Positions 36,993 through 47,051 of a DNA stretch of 64,000 nucleotides are shown here, piece by piece (positions within the stretch are counted from its first letter, which is position 1; every line of letters begins with the position of its first letter). A model generated the notes under the pieces. It had not been told where the DNA came from and made no database searches. It was given only the letters and a program-made list of their open reading frames with translations. The stretch is from NCBI GenBank assembly GCA_050253075.1, contig JBFWJS010000003.1, forward strand, positions 341,458 to 405,457, written 5' to 3'. The stretch is from Deferribacterales bacterium. GTDB lineage: Bacteria; Chrysiogenota; Deferribacteres; Deferribacterales; Geovibrionaceae. Made by a program: the position numbers and the translations under genes.

Positions 36993-37579
36993 GCAAAGAT
37001 ATATTCCTGTCGGGCTGGTGCGGATATCCCGAGCTTTTCGGTGATTTCGCAGAAGAGTTTGAGTTTGTGATACCTTTTATCACACATTCGCTCTCCGATG
37101 TAGGGGAACTGCTTCAGGAAGGCGGGCGAAACCTCTTCGGATGGTCCACAGGCGCATATATCATCCTCGATCAGAGACATAGACCGAATTTTGAAAACAT
37201 AGTTCTGGCAGCACCTTTTAAAAAATTTACGAAGTTTACCCCTGCGAAGGTTCTGGAAAAGATGGGGTTGAAATTTGCACAGTTTCCCGAAAAGGTCATA
37301 GAGGATTTCTTCAGCAGGTGCAAAAGCCCTATGACGCCTAGTTATGATTCGAGGCACTTTTATATCCTCATGCATCAGCTTAAATACCTCGCAAATACAG
37401 ATATCGAAGAGATAGAGTGGGACATGGGCTGTGTGACGCTCCTGCACGGCACAGACGACCTGATAGTCAGTGTCGAGGCTTCCCGTGATATAGAGTTCGA
37501 GACATCGTGCAGGCTTGTTGAGCTGGACGGAGTGGGGCACTATATCGGGCCAGAGATATTGAAACAGTATAAAATATGA
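36989..37579 (+). CDS. Alpha/beta hydrolase, probable pimeloyl-ACP methyl ester esterase (BioH/BioG-like)
   Basis: GWSTG nucleophile elbow, HGTDD and GVGH; located between bioF and bioC. Confidence 0.75.
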   Translation: MSKDIFLSGWCGYPELFGDFAEEFEFVIPFITHSLSDVGELLQEGGRNLFGWSTGAYIILDQRHRPNFENIVLAAPFKKFTKFTPAKVLEKMGLKFAQFPEKVIEDFFSRCKSPMTPSYDSRHFYILMHQLKYLANTDIEEIEWDMGCVTLLHGTDDLIVSVEASRDIEFETSCRLVELDGVGHYIGPEILKQYKI

Positions 37580-38304
37580 AAATACACATAAAACGCTCCT
37601 TTGACGCTTCGTGCTCTACATACGATGCATCCTGCGACATTCAGCGCATGGTCGCATCACACCTCTCGGAGAAGCTCTCCGCAGGGCACATGCGCATACT
37701 CGAAATAGGCACGGGGACGGGGATATACACGGACGAGCTCCGTGCGAAATATCCCGATGCGGAGATAACCTGCATAGACATCTCCCACGCACTGCTTCAG
37801 GGCGCAAAGGAGAAACACCCGGAGAATATATACATATGTGCCGATGGGGAGAATCTGCCTCTGAAGGGAGGGTACGACCTCATCACGGGCTCATCCACGC
37901 TCCAATGGTTTCAAAACCCGAAGGTGAGCATCCCGAATATGCTGAAACTGCTGAGAGACGGCGGTGAATTCGCCTTTTCTATATTTGCGAAGGGGACGTT
38001 CACCGAGATGGCTATCCTGAATAATATGACGGGATTCGGCTCTGTGTATGACCTGCGTCCTGGCGAAGAGTATAAGGGGATAGTGGAAGCGGAGTATGAG
38101 GCGAGGGAGTATGTACTCTTTTTCGACTCTGTGAAAGAATTCCTGAAAAAGCAGAAAGGAACAGGGGCGACATTCACAGGGGTGAAGAAATTTACATCCA
38201 AATCCTCTTATCAGAAATTTATGGAGCTATATCCCGAGCTTTTCGGCGAGGACGGGAAGATACCCGTCACCTATAATATATTCTATATGAACGGGAAAGT
38301 CTGA
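37576..38304 (+). CDS. bioC: Malonyl-ACP O-methyltransferase
   Basis: SFD....YD....Q, LEIGTGTG and SSTLQWF motifs; bio operon context. Confidence 0.85.
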   Translation: MKIHIKRSFDASCSTYDASCDIQRMVASHLSEKLSAGHMRILEIGTGTGIYTDELRAKYPDAEITCIDISHALLQGAKEKHPENIYICADGENLPLKGGYDLITGSSTLQWFQNPKVSIPNMLKLLRDGGEFAFSIFAKGTFTEMAILNNMTGFGSVYDLRPGEEYKGIVEAEYEAREYVLFFDSVKEFLKKQKGTGATFTGVKKFTSKSSYQKFMELYPELFGEDGKIPVTYNIFYMNGKV

Positions 38305-38305
38305 G

Positions 38306-39133
38306 ATGCTCCCTATCGACAAGCCAAAATATGTAAGGCTGAGCACCCCTCTAGGGGATGTGGATATAATGCGTGCATGGTATGTGAAGCAGAATTTCTC
38401 TAAACACAGTCACGAAGGATACGGTCTGGGGGCTATACTCAGCGGGGCTATGGAGTTCAGCTATAGGGGTGAAAAGCTCATTGCCCATAAAGGCTGTGTA
38501 AACAGCGTTAATCCTGATGAACCCCACGACGGACACTCTTTTGATGAGTCATGCGGGTGGTGTTATTCCATGCTGTATTTCACCGAAGATGTTTTTCGAA
38601 ATATGTACAATGATATGACTGATAAATACCGCACGCCTTTCCTATCCTGCGGTGTGGTGCATGACACATCATTCGCAGAGAACATAACCTCTGCGGTATC
38701 GAATATCTTATCCGGTAAAGCTGACAGGCTGTATGCAGAGTCTGAGCTTATAAAGATACTCTCCGATGCTATAAAGAAGCACACAGACAAGAGCCCTGCC
38801 GACAAAAGCTATCACATGGGTTTGAAAATGCGTAGAGTTGAGGAATATATCAGGAGCAATCTGCACAGGCAGATAAGCATCTCAGAGCTGTCTGAGCTGG
38901 CGGGGATGAGTCCTTATCATTTTATACGTTCTTTTCGCAGAGACAGAGGCTTGGCTCCATACGAATTCTTATCAGTGAAGAGAGCAGAGCAGGCGAAGGA
39001 GCTTATACTAAGCGGAGCAAGGTTTGCAGACGCAGCCTCTTCATGCGGTTTTACTGATCAGAGCCATATGAACCGCTGGCTGAAGCGTATAATAGGCGTT
39101 ACTCCTAAAAATATGAGCAGTATTGTACTATAA
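38306..39133 (+). CDS. AraC-family transcriptional regulator
   Basis: FSKHSHEGY cupin; SPYHFIRSF; GFTDQSHMNR...GVTP. Confidence 0.92.
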   Translation: MLPIDKPKYVRLSTPLGDVDIMRAWYVKQNFSKHSHEGYGLGAILSGAMEFSYRGEKLIAHKGCVNSVNPDEPHDGHSFDESCGWCYSMLYFTEDVFRNMYNDMTDKYRTPFLSCGVVHDTSFAENITSAVSNILSGKADRLYAESELIKILSDAIKKHTDKSPADKSYHMGLKMRRVEEYIRSNLHRQISISELSELAGMSPYHFIRSFRRDRGLAPYEFLSVKRAEQAKELILSGARFADAASSCGFTDQSHMNRWLKRIIGVTPKNMSSIVL

Positions 39134-39174
39134 TTTTCATCTTTCTCGGCTTATTGTTTCCATCGGAGGCAGAA

Positions 39175-40047
39175 ATGATTTATCACTTATCGCTGATACT
39201 GGGCATGATGATAGTGGGGACAACCGTAACGGTCGGCAAGGTCGTCGCAACGGGGATGCCTCAGTTCATCACCCTTTCCATACGTTTTTTCCTCGGCGGG
39301 CTGCTGCTATATGCTTTCATGAAGCTGGGCAGACATAAAGAGATAAAGCTGAGGGGGAAGAATCTTTTCTATGTGGTACTGCAGGCGGGGGATATATTTG
39401 TCTTTAATGTTCTGCTTCTGGCGGGGCTGAAGACTGTTTCTGCTGTGGATTCGGGCATTATAACGGGTACGCTCCCTGTCATCGTCCTTATACTTTCAGT
39501 TATACTTCTCAGCGAAAAGCTCACACTGCTGAAGACATCTGCCGTCTTTCTGGCGACATTCGGCGTGATAGTTATAAATATCTCAGGCTCTGATGCGGGG
39601 CTAGGTGAAAGCTCTGTCACGGGCAGTCTGCTTGTGCTCGGGGCTTTTGTGTTTGAGGGATTGTTCCTCATAATGCGGAAGCGTTTCACGGCGGAAGTGC
39701 CTACATTTCAGCTTTCAGCTTATATCGCCATAATAGTTTTTATATTTTTCCTCCCTTTCGGCATATATGAGGCCGCTCAGGGGAGGCTGGCGGAGATAAC
39801 CGTCAGCGGATATTTCGTCATTGCCTATTATGGGATGTTTGTGACGGCTGCTGCTTATATCCTCTGGTTTACGGGGATAAAGCATGTTTCGGGGATGTAT
39901 GCGTCGGTTTATACGGCGATAGTGCCTGTCAGCTCTGTGCTGATAAGCAGTCTGACGCTGGGCGAGGTTATCACACGTTCACATCTTTTAGGTATGGCAT
40001 TCGTTATGACGGCCATCGGCGTATTGGTATTCGACAGCAGAAAGTGA
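39175..40047 (+). CDS. DMT/EamA family transporter
   Basis: About 10 TM helices in two EamA repeats; RBS GGAGG. Confidence 0.85.
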   Translation: MIYHLSLILGMMIVGTTVTVGKVVATGMPQFITLSIRFFLGGLLLYAFMKLGRHKEIKLRGKNLFYVVLQAGDIFVFNVLLLAGLKTVSAVDSGIITGTLPVIVLILSVILLSEKLTLLKTSAVFLATFGVIVINISGSDAGLGESSVTGSLLVLGAFVFEGLFLIMRKRFTAEVPTFQLSAYIAIIVFIFFLPFGIYEAAQGRLAEITVSGYFVIAYYGMFVTAAAYILWFTGIKHVSGMYASVYTAIVPVSSVLISSLTLGEVITRSHLLGMAFVMTAIGVLVFDSRK

Positions 40048-40977
40048 TCAGAAAATGATGAGATGGATGATGCCCCTGACCGTGATGCCTATGAAGGCAC
40101 CTATTATGGCGGGGCGTGCTATTGATGCCGTCTTTTCACCTGCTGTCATGAGCACGGCTATTCCGACCAGATCAAACGGGTTAATTATAAAGCCTGCTAT
40201 CCTGTTAAATTCCTGAACAGACATTATCCCGTCCCTCAGCATGTCGAATGTTATGCCCATCATGGCTGTACCGCCTGCGAGGAACTTTGTCGCTATCGGC
40301 AGTACGCTCACTCCTGAAATGCCTAACAGCCCGAGCATAGGGGAGAGCATATTCTCCAGCATTGAGATGGCGTTGATGTGTTTAAGGAAGTTTACGAGGC
40401 ATATAGCCAGTATCAGCAGAGGAATGCTCTTTATCACTATGTTGACAGCTTCCTGACCGCCTTTTATGACGGTATTCAGAGCGTTTCCGCTGTTTTCCTG
40501 TTTGATGTGTATGGCGTGTTCATATCCGCCCTCGCCGAGTGACCTTGCGAATATATAATATGTGAGTGTCGCCGAGATCAGTCCGCCTATTATGGAAGTA
40601 GTAAATATCACGGGGATATTCAGCCCGACAACAGCCATGGGGAATGTTACATTTGCCTGAGACATAGTGAGAACCATGGCAAAGACTGTTGCCACACGGC
40701 GTTTGTCTGTGCCGTCGGTCTCCATTATCACAAGGGTTGCCATTGGTGCGGCGAAGCTGACCAGTATTATCTGAAGTGCTGCAAATATTCCTATGCCGGG
40801 GATGCCGAACGGACGTACGAAAGGCGAGAGAACCTTTGCGGTGAATGCAAGTACGCCCTTTGCCTCTAACAGTTTCATAAAGCCCATCATCACAACCATC
40901 ACGGGGAGGAGGATGTAAAGGGCTATGTCTACGCCTGTTCTGCCTGAGGTCAGGATTATATCTATTATCGCTTCCAT
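40048..40977 (-). CDS. Nucleoside-recognition (Gate) domain membrane protein
   Basis: Multi-TM protein with SFAAP, SQANVTFP and KFLAGGTAM motifs. Confidence 0.65.
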   Translation of the reverse strand: MEAIIDIILTSGRTGVDIALYILLPVMVVMMGFMKLLEAKGVLAFTAKVLSPFVRPFGIPGIGIFAALQIILVSFAAPMATLVIMETDGTDKRRVATVFAMVLTMSQANVTFPMAVVGLNIPVIFTTSIIGGLISATLTYYIFARSLGEGGYEHAIHIKQENSGNALNTVIKGGQEAVNIVIKSIPLLILAICLVNFLKHINAISMLENMLSPMLGLLGISGVSVLPIATKFLAGGTAMMGITFDMLRDGIMSVQEFNRIAGFIINPFDLVGIAVLMTAGEKTASIARPAIIGAFIGITVRGIIHLIIF

Positions 40978-41014
40978 ATATGAGTATTACACACCGTCGG
41001 AAGGATTTACAGGC

Positions 41015-41749
41015 TTATTTGCCTCCGCATACGGGGCAGTCGGGGTTCTTTTTAAGTGTGGGTGTAATAGTGCGCATGGTGTTAAAATCTATGTGCATCA
41101 TCTTGCCCTTGATCGGCTTTCCGTGGCCTGTGAGTATCTTTACGGCTTCCACTGCGGCGAGTGAGCCTATTGTGCCCGAAACAGCACCTAAAACGCCGAA
41201 TCCGAGCTCTTCCCACCCTTCGACCTCTTCCTTTACAAAGCATCTGAGGCACGCTGTCTCATGGGGGAAGATATTAAATAAATATCCGCTCATATCGTCC
41301 ATGGCTGCTTCTATCATAGGTACGCCCAGCTTTACACAGGCGTTGTTCATAGCGACACGCTCTGGGAAGTTCGGCCTTGCAGATACGGCGACACCGCACC
41401 CTTTGATGAGCTCTTCTGCGTTTTCTTCATTGAGGCGCACATTGTGCATCTCGAGCTTTATGTCGGGGTTTATTTTAAGTATGTTTTCCACGGCTATTTC
41501 GACTCTGGGCTGTCCGACCTTATTTATATCCATCAGGTGCTGACGGTTCATGTTGCTTTCGGTCAGGTTGCCTGCGTGGGAGATTACCATGCGCCCGATG
41601 CCGGCAGATGCGAGGTATGCCGCTGTAGCACCGCCGAGGCCGCCAATCCCTCCGATGAAAACGGACGAGTTCTTCAGTATGTCCTGCTTTTCCCTGCCAA
41701 AGTCTTTCAGCATTATCTGACGTTTATATCTTTCGTAGTAGTCGTGCAT
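41015..41749 (-). CDS. HesA/MoeB/ThiF family adenylyltransferase
   Basis: RYKRQ, GIGGLG, SNMNRQ, CLRC and CPVC motifs. Confidence 0.9.
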   Translation of the reverse strand: MHDYYERYKRQIMLKDFGREKQDILKNSSVFIGGIGGLGGATAAYLASAGIGRMVISHAGNLTESNMNRQHLMDINKVGQPRVEIAVENILKINPDIKLEMHNVRLNEENAEELIKGCGVAVSARPNFPERVAMNNACVKLGVPMIEAAMDDMSGYLFNIFPHETACLRCFVKEEVEGWEELGFGVLGAVSGTIGSLAAVEAVKILTGHGKPIKGKMMHIDFNTMRTITPTLKKNPDCPVCGGK

Positions 41750-42000
41750 TTTGTAAATCTCCGAATAAATAGTAAAGATTCTTCGCCTATGGCTCAGAAT
41801 GACCTTTATATATTAGGGCTTATAACGCTTTATTGGAAGGTTTTTTATAATAATGCAGCAGTATCGCTGTGAATCCTGAAAGGCTGTTGTTTTAGGACAT
41901 GAAGATGATTAGTAAGTATGTGGCGTATTTTATTATACGGGCTAAGATTGCTTCGTTGGTACTTTGTACCGCCTCGCAATGACTTACTACTTATTGAGGC

Positions 42001-42270
42001 TGAACGACCGAATTCTTTTCCCAAGGACGGGAAAGAATCAAATAAATAAATGCACATGGATGTGCATCACGGAGCAAGGCGGAGTGTGAGGGAGCCTTGC
42101 TTTTAACAAGGTGAACGACCGAATTCTTTCTCCAAGGATGGAGAAAGAATCAAATAAATAAATGCACATGGATGTGCATCACGGAGCAAAGCGGAGTGTG
42201 AGAGAGCCTTGCTTTTAACAAGGTGAACGACCGAATTCTTTCTCCAAGGATGGAGAAAGAATCAAATAAA
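42001..42270. repeat. Tandem ~111-112 bp structured repeat, 2.4 copies
   Basis: Units start at 42001, 42112 and 42224. Each has the hairpin TTCTTTCTCC-AAGGAT-GGAGAAAGAA (variant in copy 1), and full copies also have ATGCACATGGATGTGCAT. Confidence 0.9.
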
Positions 42271-42292
42271 AAAGGGGAGCCGAAGCTCCCCA
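42271..42292 (-). terminator. Intrinsic terminator after actP
   Basis: GGGGAGC-CGAA-GCTCCCC with an A tract on its left (a T tract on the minus strand). Confidence 0.75.
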
Positions 42293-42322
42293 GTTGAGTG
42301 AAGGTGTAATTCACATTATATC

Positions 42323-43876
42323 TTAGTGATCGGAAGCAGAATCTGCACCCACGCCGAGGTAAGTACGGATCTTCTGCTCTTCGAATTTCTGCTGTGCTTC
42401 GAGGTCCGGAGCGATCATAGAACCGATCCATGAACCGATGAATGCAAGGGGAAGAGAAACAACAGTCGGGAACTTGTATGGGAAGAGAGCAGTCTCGTTT
42501 CCGAGGATGTCTACCCAAACAGTCGGGCTGATGATGATGAGTACCAGAGCGGAAATACCGCCGAAGAGGATACCCATAACAGCGCCTGTTGTGCTGAGCT
42601 TTTTCCAAACGATAGAGAGGAAAAGCGCAGGGAAGTTTGAGCTTGCTGCGATGGAGAATGCCAGAGCAACAAGGAAGGCAACGTTCTGACCTTTGAAAAG
42701 GATACCCATGAGAACAGCGATAACACCGTAGATCATAGTAGCTACTCTAGCAGCTTTGAGCTTCTCATTGTCGTCAGCTTTACCTTTTTTAAATGTGCCT
42801 ATGTAAAGGTCGTTTGCGAGTGCAGCAGAAGCAGCAAGAGCAAGACCGGCAACAACCGCAAGGATTGTAGCGAAGGCAACAGCCGAGATGAATCCGAGGA
42901 ACGGTGTTCCGCCCACGAGCTGTGCGAGCATCGGAGCAGCCATGTTACCGCCGGAGCCGACAGCCGTGATAGCCTCTTTACCGAGGAGAACGATAGCGGC
43001 GAATCCTACTATTGGGATAACAAGGTAGAAGTAGCCGATGAATGTTGTAGCGTATACAACAGACTTTCTGGCTTCTTTAGCATCCGGCACAGTGAAGAAA
43101 CGCATAAGGATGTGCGGAAGACCGAGAAGACCGAGCATCAGAGCAAGTCCGAGAGAGAAAGCCTCTATCGGGCTCTTAATAAGTCCGCCAGGTTTGAACA
43201 TGTCAGGTCCGATCTGTGTCTCAACAGCGGCATAAAGGTTTCCCGGGTGGAAGCCGAACTTCGCAAGGGCGAGCAGTGTGAGCACTGTAACACCGAAGAG
43301 AAGGAGGCAAGCCTTTATGATCTGTACCCATGTAGTAGCGAGCATTCCGCCGAAGATAACGTACATAAGCATAACAGTACCAACGATGATTTCCGCCATT
43401 GTATAAGGAATACCAAACATAAGCTCGATCAGTTTACCTGAACCGACCATCTGAGCGATAGTATAGGAAATAACAACTAAAAGACCTGTTACGGCAGAAG
43501 CTGTTTTAATAGGACCTTTCTTAAGACGGGAAGCAACAACGTCGGCAAAGCTGTATTTACCGAGGTTTCTGAGCGGCTCAGCGATAAGGAACATAAGCGC
43601 AGGCCATCCAACAAGCCAGCCCACTGCGTATATCATACCGTCGAAACCTTTAAGAGCAACCATACCTGAGATACCCAGGAAAGATGCGGCAGACATATAG
43701 TCTCCTGCGAGGGCGAGTCCGTTCTGAAAACCGGAGATACCGCCGCCGCCTGTATAATAGCTTCCTGCAGACTGCTGTTGCTTTCTGGAAACAAACCAAG
43801 TAACTGCGAAAGTAAGTAAAACAACGAGGACGAAACATCCAATCGCTATAGCATTAGGTTCACCGAATTTGTGCAT
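42323..43876 (-). CDS. actP: Cation/acetate symporter (SSS family)
   Basis: QNGLALAGDYMSAASFLG, GLPHILMRFFTVPDA and AVAFATILAVVAGL motifs. Confidence 0.92.
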   Translation of the reverse strand: MHKFGEPNAIAIGCFVLVVLLTFAVTWFVSRKQQQSAGSYYTGGGGISGFQNGLALAGDYMSAASFLGISGMVALKGFDGMIYAVGWLVGWPALMFLIAEPLRNLGKYSFADVVASRLKKGPIKTASAVTGLLVVISYTIAQMVGSGKLIELMFGIPYTMAEIIVGTVMLMYVIFGGMLATTWVQIIKACLLLFGVTVLTLLALAKFGFHPGNLYAAVETQIGPDMFKPGGLIKSPIEAFSLGLALMLGLLGLPHILMRFFTVPDAKEARKSVVYATTFIGYFYLVIPIVGFAAIVLLGKEAITAVGSGGNMAAPMLAQLVGGTPFLGFISAVAFATILAVVAGLALAASAALANDLYIGTFKKGKADDNEKLKAARVATMIYGVIAVLMGILFKGQNVAFLVALAFSIAASSNFPALFLSIVWKKLSTTGAVMGILFGGISALVLIIISPTVWVDILGNETALFPYKFPTVVSLPLAFIGSWIGSMIAPDLEAQQKFEEQKIRTYLGVGADSASDH

Positions 43877-43889
43877 ATTTCATTCCTCC

Positions 43890-44174
43890 TTATAACATCT
43901 TCTTAAGTTCTTCGACCTCTGGGTCGTAGACTTTGTTAGCCCAGATCACGTATATAACGGTAAGAAGCCAGGCGATTATGATAACTGCGGCTGTCAGGTA
44001 TATACCGACGGTGCCGTTAGCAGTCACTTTCTGCGCTATGAACTCTTTGTCCATTGCAATTAGAAAAACGTAGCCGTAATAGATGACAAACAAGATTACG
44101 AGCATGATGAAACTAAAGGTCCAGCGCTTTCTGATGAGATTTTTAAATCTCTCCGAGTTTAAAACATCGTGCAT
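43890..44174 (-). CDS. DUF485 / YjcH membrane protein
   Basis: Two TM helices, YVIWAN..YD; canonical partner of actP. Confidence 0.88.
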   Translation of the reverse strand: MHDVLNSERFKNLIRKRWTFSFIMLVILFVIYYGYVFLIAMDKEFIAQKVTANGTVGIYLTAAVIIIAWLLTVIYVIWANKVYDPEVEELKKML

Positions 44175-44652
44175 TCTCTCCTCCTTGCAGTGTTTAACTG
44201 TTAAGAAAAACGTTTTCGGTCAACATTTGATGAACTCTGCGGGTTAAAAACGTTGACTGAATTTTAAAACGTCTTTCTTTTTTCATGCAACATTAATCGC
44301 ATCATATAAAAAAAGTGTCAAGCGGTTTTTTTTGTTTATACTTGTTATTAGTACTTTATGGCAATAGAGTGCTAGAGGGTAAATTTATTATAAATAAACA
44401 TAATTTTGGTTAACTATAGAGTCAAAAAAATGTTTAATTTCATATTATGGGCGATATTGTATATTGATAAAACTATGTAAATTAAAGGATTATTAAATTT
44501 ATCGTATACTGTATACAATTTTAATACGGGTATGTGATTTTGCTATTAATTTATTATTTTTTACTGTATATTACACAAATGTTGCATTTTTAAAACGAAA
44601 TTATATAATAAATTTACCGTGCAATTTAATTGATTAGAGGTTAAAAATTATT

Positions 44653-46539
44653 ATGAAAATCAGAGACATCTCCGACATACAAAGTGTGATAGATCAGTTA
44701 CATTCTTTCTATCTGTTTAATCACGTCGATAAAGCAAGGCTCGGCGTTATGATAGAGAAGGCACAGCTCGTATCCCTTGATAAAGATGAATTTATTTTCA
44801 AAAGGGGCGAGTCGTACCACCGTGGTGTATACATAATACTTGGAGGGCGGGCGGAGCTGTACAGCAACGACGGCAGTATTATAAACATGGTTTACGGAGA
44901 CGTGCTCGGTTTGACCACCTTTCTGGGTAAATCTAATTATTACGTCACAGCCAAGTCTGACGGCGAGTGTGAGCTCGTTTTCCTGCCTGAGATATGTATT
45001 TATAAGCTCATGGAGGAGTTTGAGGATTTTCGTAATAAGTATAATAAGATGACATTCGACCGTCTCTCAAAGGTTTCGGGGGGCAGTCCTGCAAACCTGA
45101 CGGAGAATACATATAAATCCGTGGGCGGGTGTATGACGACGCCCGTTATAAGCGTAGATAGATCAGCAAGTATATTTGAGGCATCTGCACTGATGGCTGA
45201 GCATAAGGTTGGCTCTGTTGTTGTCGTGGATGAGAAGGGGATGCTGGCGGGGCTTTTAACATCTAAGCAGTTGGTGCATAAGTATATGGCGAACCCGGAG
45301 AGGACATCTCTCCCCTGTGAGGTTGGGGAATATATGAACGCCGCCCCTGTGAATATGCCTCCTGAGTTTCCTATCGTAGAGGCCATTGCAGAGCTTCAGA
45401 TACAGAGCGAAGACTATGCTATTGTCGTGAAAGGGGACAGGCCTGTGGGGCTTATCTCTAATAATGACCTCATGAGTCTCGTCTTTCAAAACAGCAATAT
45501 TTATAACTCTCATATAAACGGCATGACCACTCTGGATCAGCTGAGAGAGGCACACAGGAAGCTCTTTGACATTGCGAAGACGCTCGTTGCGAATTCACGC
45601 CTTACGAGCTCTATCCTGCCTGTGCTTTCTTCCGTGCATATAAATATCCAGAGAAAGGCTTATCAGATAACTCTGGAAAATACCCCTGTGGATATACTGG
45701 AAACAATGCAGCGTGTGCGAAACTCGATGATAATTATGGGTTCTGGCGGGCGTAAAGAAATGATGCTCGATCCTGATCAGGACCATGCATATATACTCGC
45801 CAACGATGCCACGGCAGAAGATAAGAAGCAGTTCGTACGTTTCGGCGAAATATTCGCAGACAACCTTGAATATGTCGGCTATGAAAAATGCAGAGGGAAT
45901 ATCATGGCGTCTAACCCTGATATGGTAAAGACTCTGCACGAGTGGCGCAGGGTCATCAGCGAATGGATAAACAACCCCGGCAGTGAGGGATTTTTGTGGT
46001 CTTCGGTGTTTTTCGATATGGACAGGTTTGAAGGCGACGAGAAGCTCGTCTGGGATCTGAAAGAATTCATATCCATCGAAGTGCCTCAGAGGCCAGTATT
46101 TCTCATACAGCTGCTCGAAAGGGATGTAAATACTAAACAGCCGACGACATTCTTCGGCCGTATAAACCTCGAAAAAGACGGGGAAAAGAAAGGGACCATA
46201 AACCTTAAGACTTCCGCTCTGCAGTTTCTTGTGGATGTCACCCGTGCATATACTCTGAAAACAGGACTGAGTGACCTGAATACCCTCGAACGTGCGAAAC
46301 ACCTCGAGAGAAAAAAAGTGCTTGCGCCTGAGACAGTTTCAGACTTTCTCGGCTCATACGAAACCATCGTCGATCTGCTTTTGAAAGAGCAGATATCAAA
46401 AGTGGAGCAGGGGGGAGAAGCTAATAAAAATATTGACCCCTCGCAGCTATCTCTATACAATCAGGAGCGTTTAAAAAGCTCACTTCAGTTCATTACCAAA
46501 TACTTAAACAAGGCTTTGAAGACTATTAAAATGGGCTGA
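44653..46539 (+). CDS. cNMP-CBS-DUF294 putative nucleotidyltransferase regulator
   Basis: N-terminal cNMP-binding domain, CBS pair, MGSGGRKE..DQD, C.GNIMASNP and INLK motifs; a usual neighbour of actP. Confidence 0.88.
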   Translation: MKIRDISDIQSVIDQLHSFYLFNHVDKARLGVMIEKAQLVSLDKDEFIFKRGESYHRGVYIILGGRAELYSNDGSIINMVYGDVLGLTTFLGKSNYYVTAKSDGECELVFLPEICIYKLMEEFEDFRNKYNKMTFDRLSKVSGGSPANLTENTYKSVGGCMTTPVISVDRSASIFEASALMAEHKVGSVVVVDEKGMLAGLLTSKQLVHKYMANPERTSLPCEVGEYMNAAPVNMPPEFPIVEAIAELQIQSEDYAIVVKGDRPVGLISNNDLMSLVFQNSNIYNSHINGMTTLDQLREAHRKLFDIAKTLVANSRLTSSILPVLSSVHINIQRKAYQITLENTPVDILETMQRVRNSMIIMGSGGRKEMMLDPDQDHAYILANDATAEDKKQFVRFGEIFADNLEYVGYEKCRGNIMASNPDMVKTLHEWRRVISEWINNPGSEGFLWSSVFFDMDRFEGDEKLVWDLKEFISIEVPQRPVFLIQLLERDVNTKQPTTFFGRINLEKDGEKKGTINLKTSALQFLVDVTRAYTLKTGLSDLNTLERAKHLERKKVLAPETVSDFLGSYETIVDLLLKEQISKVEQGGEANKNIDPSQLSLYNQERLKSSLQFITKYLNKALKTIKMG

Positions 46540-46637
46540 TCTTTGCTGAGCGTGATTTTTAAAACACAAAACGTAGATATCATTAACGCCTTCTTTGGGG
46601 ATATATTCAACCCGAAGTCATTTATACGGAGTGAGAA

Positions 46638-47030
46638 ATGAAGAAAATGACTGTTTTAGTTTCAGTAGAGAACGGATGCGCAGCGGAAAAAGTTATGAAG
46701 CTGGCAAAAGAGAAGCTGGGGCTGAAGAAGGGACAGAGAGTTCTGAAGAAAGGGAATGTAAAAGTTCTCTTTGCGTCAGGCATCATCCAGAGAAGCGTGC
46801 AGGATGTCGAAGAACTGGCAAAGCATAAGGATTACGATATGCTTGTCATCCCTTCTTTCTCTGACGGGGTCAAGGCGTTCCCGAAGATACACGATGTTAA
46901 AATGTATGTGAATAACAAACTGGGCTTTACGGTTTTTGTGGCGGCAGTTCCGCCGAAACCCACTGATAAAGACGTTGATGATTCAGCAGAAAACATTGCA
47001 GACATCGTAACGGCGAACATCGGGCTCTAA
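46638..47030 (+). CDS. Hypothetical protein
   Basis: 130-aa ORF with an RBS-like GGAG; no motif recognised. Confidence 0.55.
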   Translation: MKKMTVLVSVENGCAAEKVMKLAKEKLGLKKGQRVLKKGNVKVLFASGIIQRSVQDVEELAKHKDYDMLVIPSFSDGVKAFPKIHDVKMYVNNKLGFTVFVAAVPPKPTDKDVDDSAENIADIVTANIGL

Positions 47031-47051
47031 TACCTCTCAGCATTTTCAAAT

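Noticed and set aside
36173..37540. 455-aa minus-strand ORF
   Set aside because: It is antisense to bioF and the bioH-like gene and has no recognisable motifs.
42001..42270. Possible CRISPR array
   Set aside because: The intervening sequences are near-identical rather than unique spacers, the period is about 111 bp, and no cas genes are present.
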